A DNA stretch of 64,000 bases from Pseudomonadota bacterium (GTDB taxonomy: Bacteria > Pseudomonadota > Alphaproteobacteria > Sphingomonadales > Govanellaceae): positions 68,840-132,839 of the forward strand of contig QEVO01000007.1 in NCBI GenBank assembly GCA_003577275.1, in the 5' to 3' direction. A program made the position numbers and the translations under genes. This document shows positions 63,727 to 64,000 of this stretch, in pieces. Position 1 is the stretch's first letter; each line of letters opens with the position of its first letter. The notes under the pieces were generated by a model. That model was not told the origin of the DNA. It saw only the letters and a list, made by a program, of their open reading frames with translations, and did not search any database.

Positions 63727-64000
63727 TTGTCGGAACAGATCACACACATTAATGAAAGCAAAGCAGTTTTTAACGATATATATGTGATGAGCGATCCTCG
63801 CTCTTATTTTTCTGTACTTGGGGCTCTCGATTATATGATCCCCGATGTGGCGGAACCGGTCATTCGCCAGATTCTTGCGGCAAGAGCAGCTAGATATGGT
63901 GATAACGCTACGGTGCTCGACGTGGGCTGCTCCTACGGCATCAATGCCGCCGTGCATCGCTTTCCGGTCAATTTCGCAAGTCTGCGACAACGCTACGCGC
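63727..64000 (+). CDS. Class I SAM-dependent methyltransferase-like protein, N-terminal part (runs off the right edge)
   Basis: The frame is open from TTG 63727 to the window end, with an AAGGAG SD 7 nt upstream. It contains ATVLDVGCSYGINAA, which resembles methyltransferase motif I (VLDxGCGxG). It is absent from the ORF track because it has no stop. Confidence 0.45.
   Translation, partial: MSEQITHINESKAVFNDIYVMSDPRSYFSVLGALDYMIPDVAEPVIRQILAARAARYGDNATVLDVGCSYGINAAVHRFPVNFASLRQRYA

Overview
GC-rich, densely coding proteobacterial chromosome segment. It is most likely alphaproteobacterial: NirS aligns closely by eye with Paracoccus NirS, and nirI-nirX lie divergent from nirS as in Paracoccus. 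I saw no rRNA, tRNA, CRISPR array, transposase, integrase or phage genes.

Part 1, about 5.2-17.7 kb, is a denitrification locus.
- nirS (cytochrome cd1 nitrite reductase) is monocistronic with its own strong terminator.
- nirS is divergent from nirI-nirX, with a perfect FNR/NNR-type palindrome between them.
- Directly downstream is a second FNR-boxed operon, bounded by a terminator. It encodes a small TM protein, a CuA subunit II, a B-family-like heme-copper oxidase subunit I, heme O synthase, SCO1, an unusual cytochrome b / 2x[4Fe-4S] / MvhD-FlpD-like fusion, a membrane protein and a hemerythrin.
- In subunit I the His-Tyr cross-link tyrosine position reads Gln, so this is a candidate eNOR-like NO reductase.

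Part 2, about 17.8-62.4 kb, is an accessory-looking catabolic region built from repeated gene families.
- It holds five more TonB-dependent receptors (six in the window).
- Two paralogous convergent cassettes have the order TBDR - Rieske oxygenase - RidA - E1 alpha - E1 beta - stand-alone lipoyl protein. One of them also carries an E2 catalytic domain. Two large LAL/MalT-type LuxR regulators flank them.
- A TBDR - M19-like - ring-hydroxylating dioxygenase alpha/beta - cyclase - SDR operon follows.
- There are five non-canonical M19 (renal dipeptidase family) paralogs, three of them in tandem.
- Two paralogous autoinducer-domain LuxR solos lie near five copies of a CTGTCA-N4-TGACAG lux-type box.
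- An agmatinase-family - TBDR - MFS - M19-like operon has a divergent Lrp/AsnC regulator.

The left edge carries a hydantoinase-like/DUF917/TBDR operon and the first 27 codons of a yaaA-like gene. The right edge carries a partial methyltransferase-like gene. All functional calls rest on motif recognition by eye; no database search was possible.
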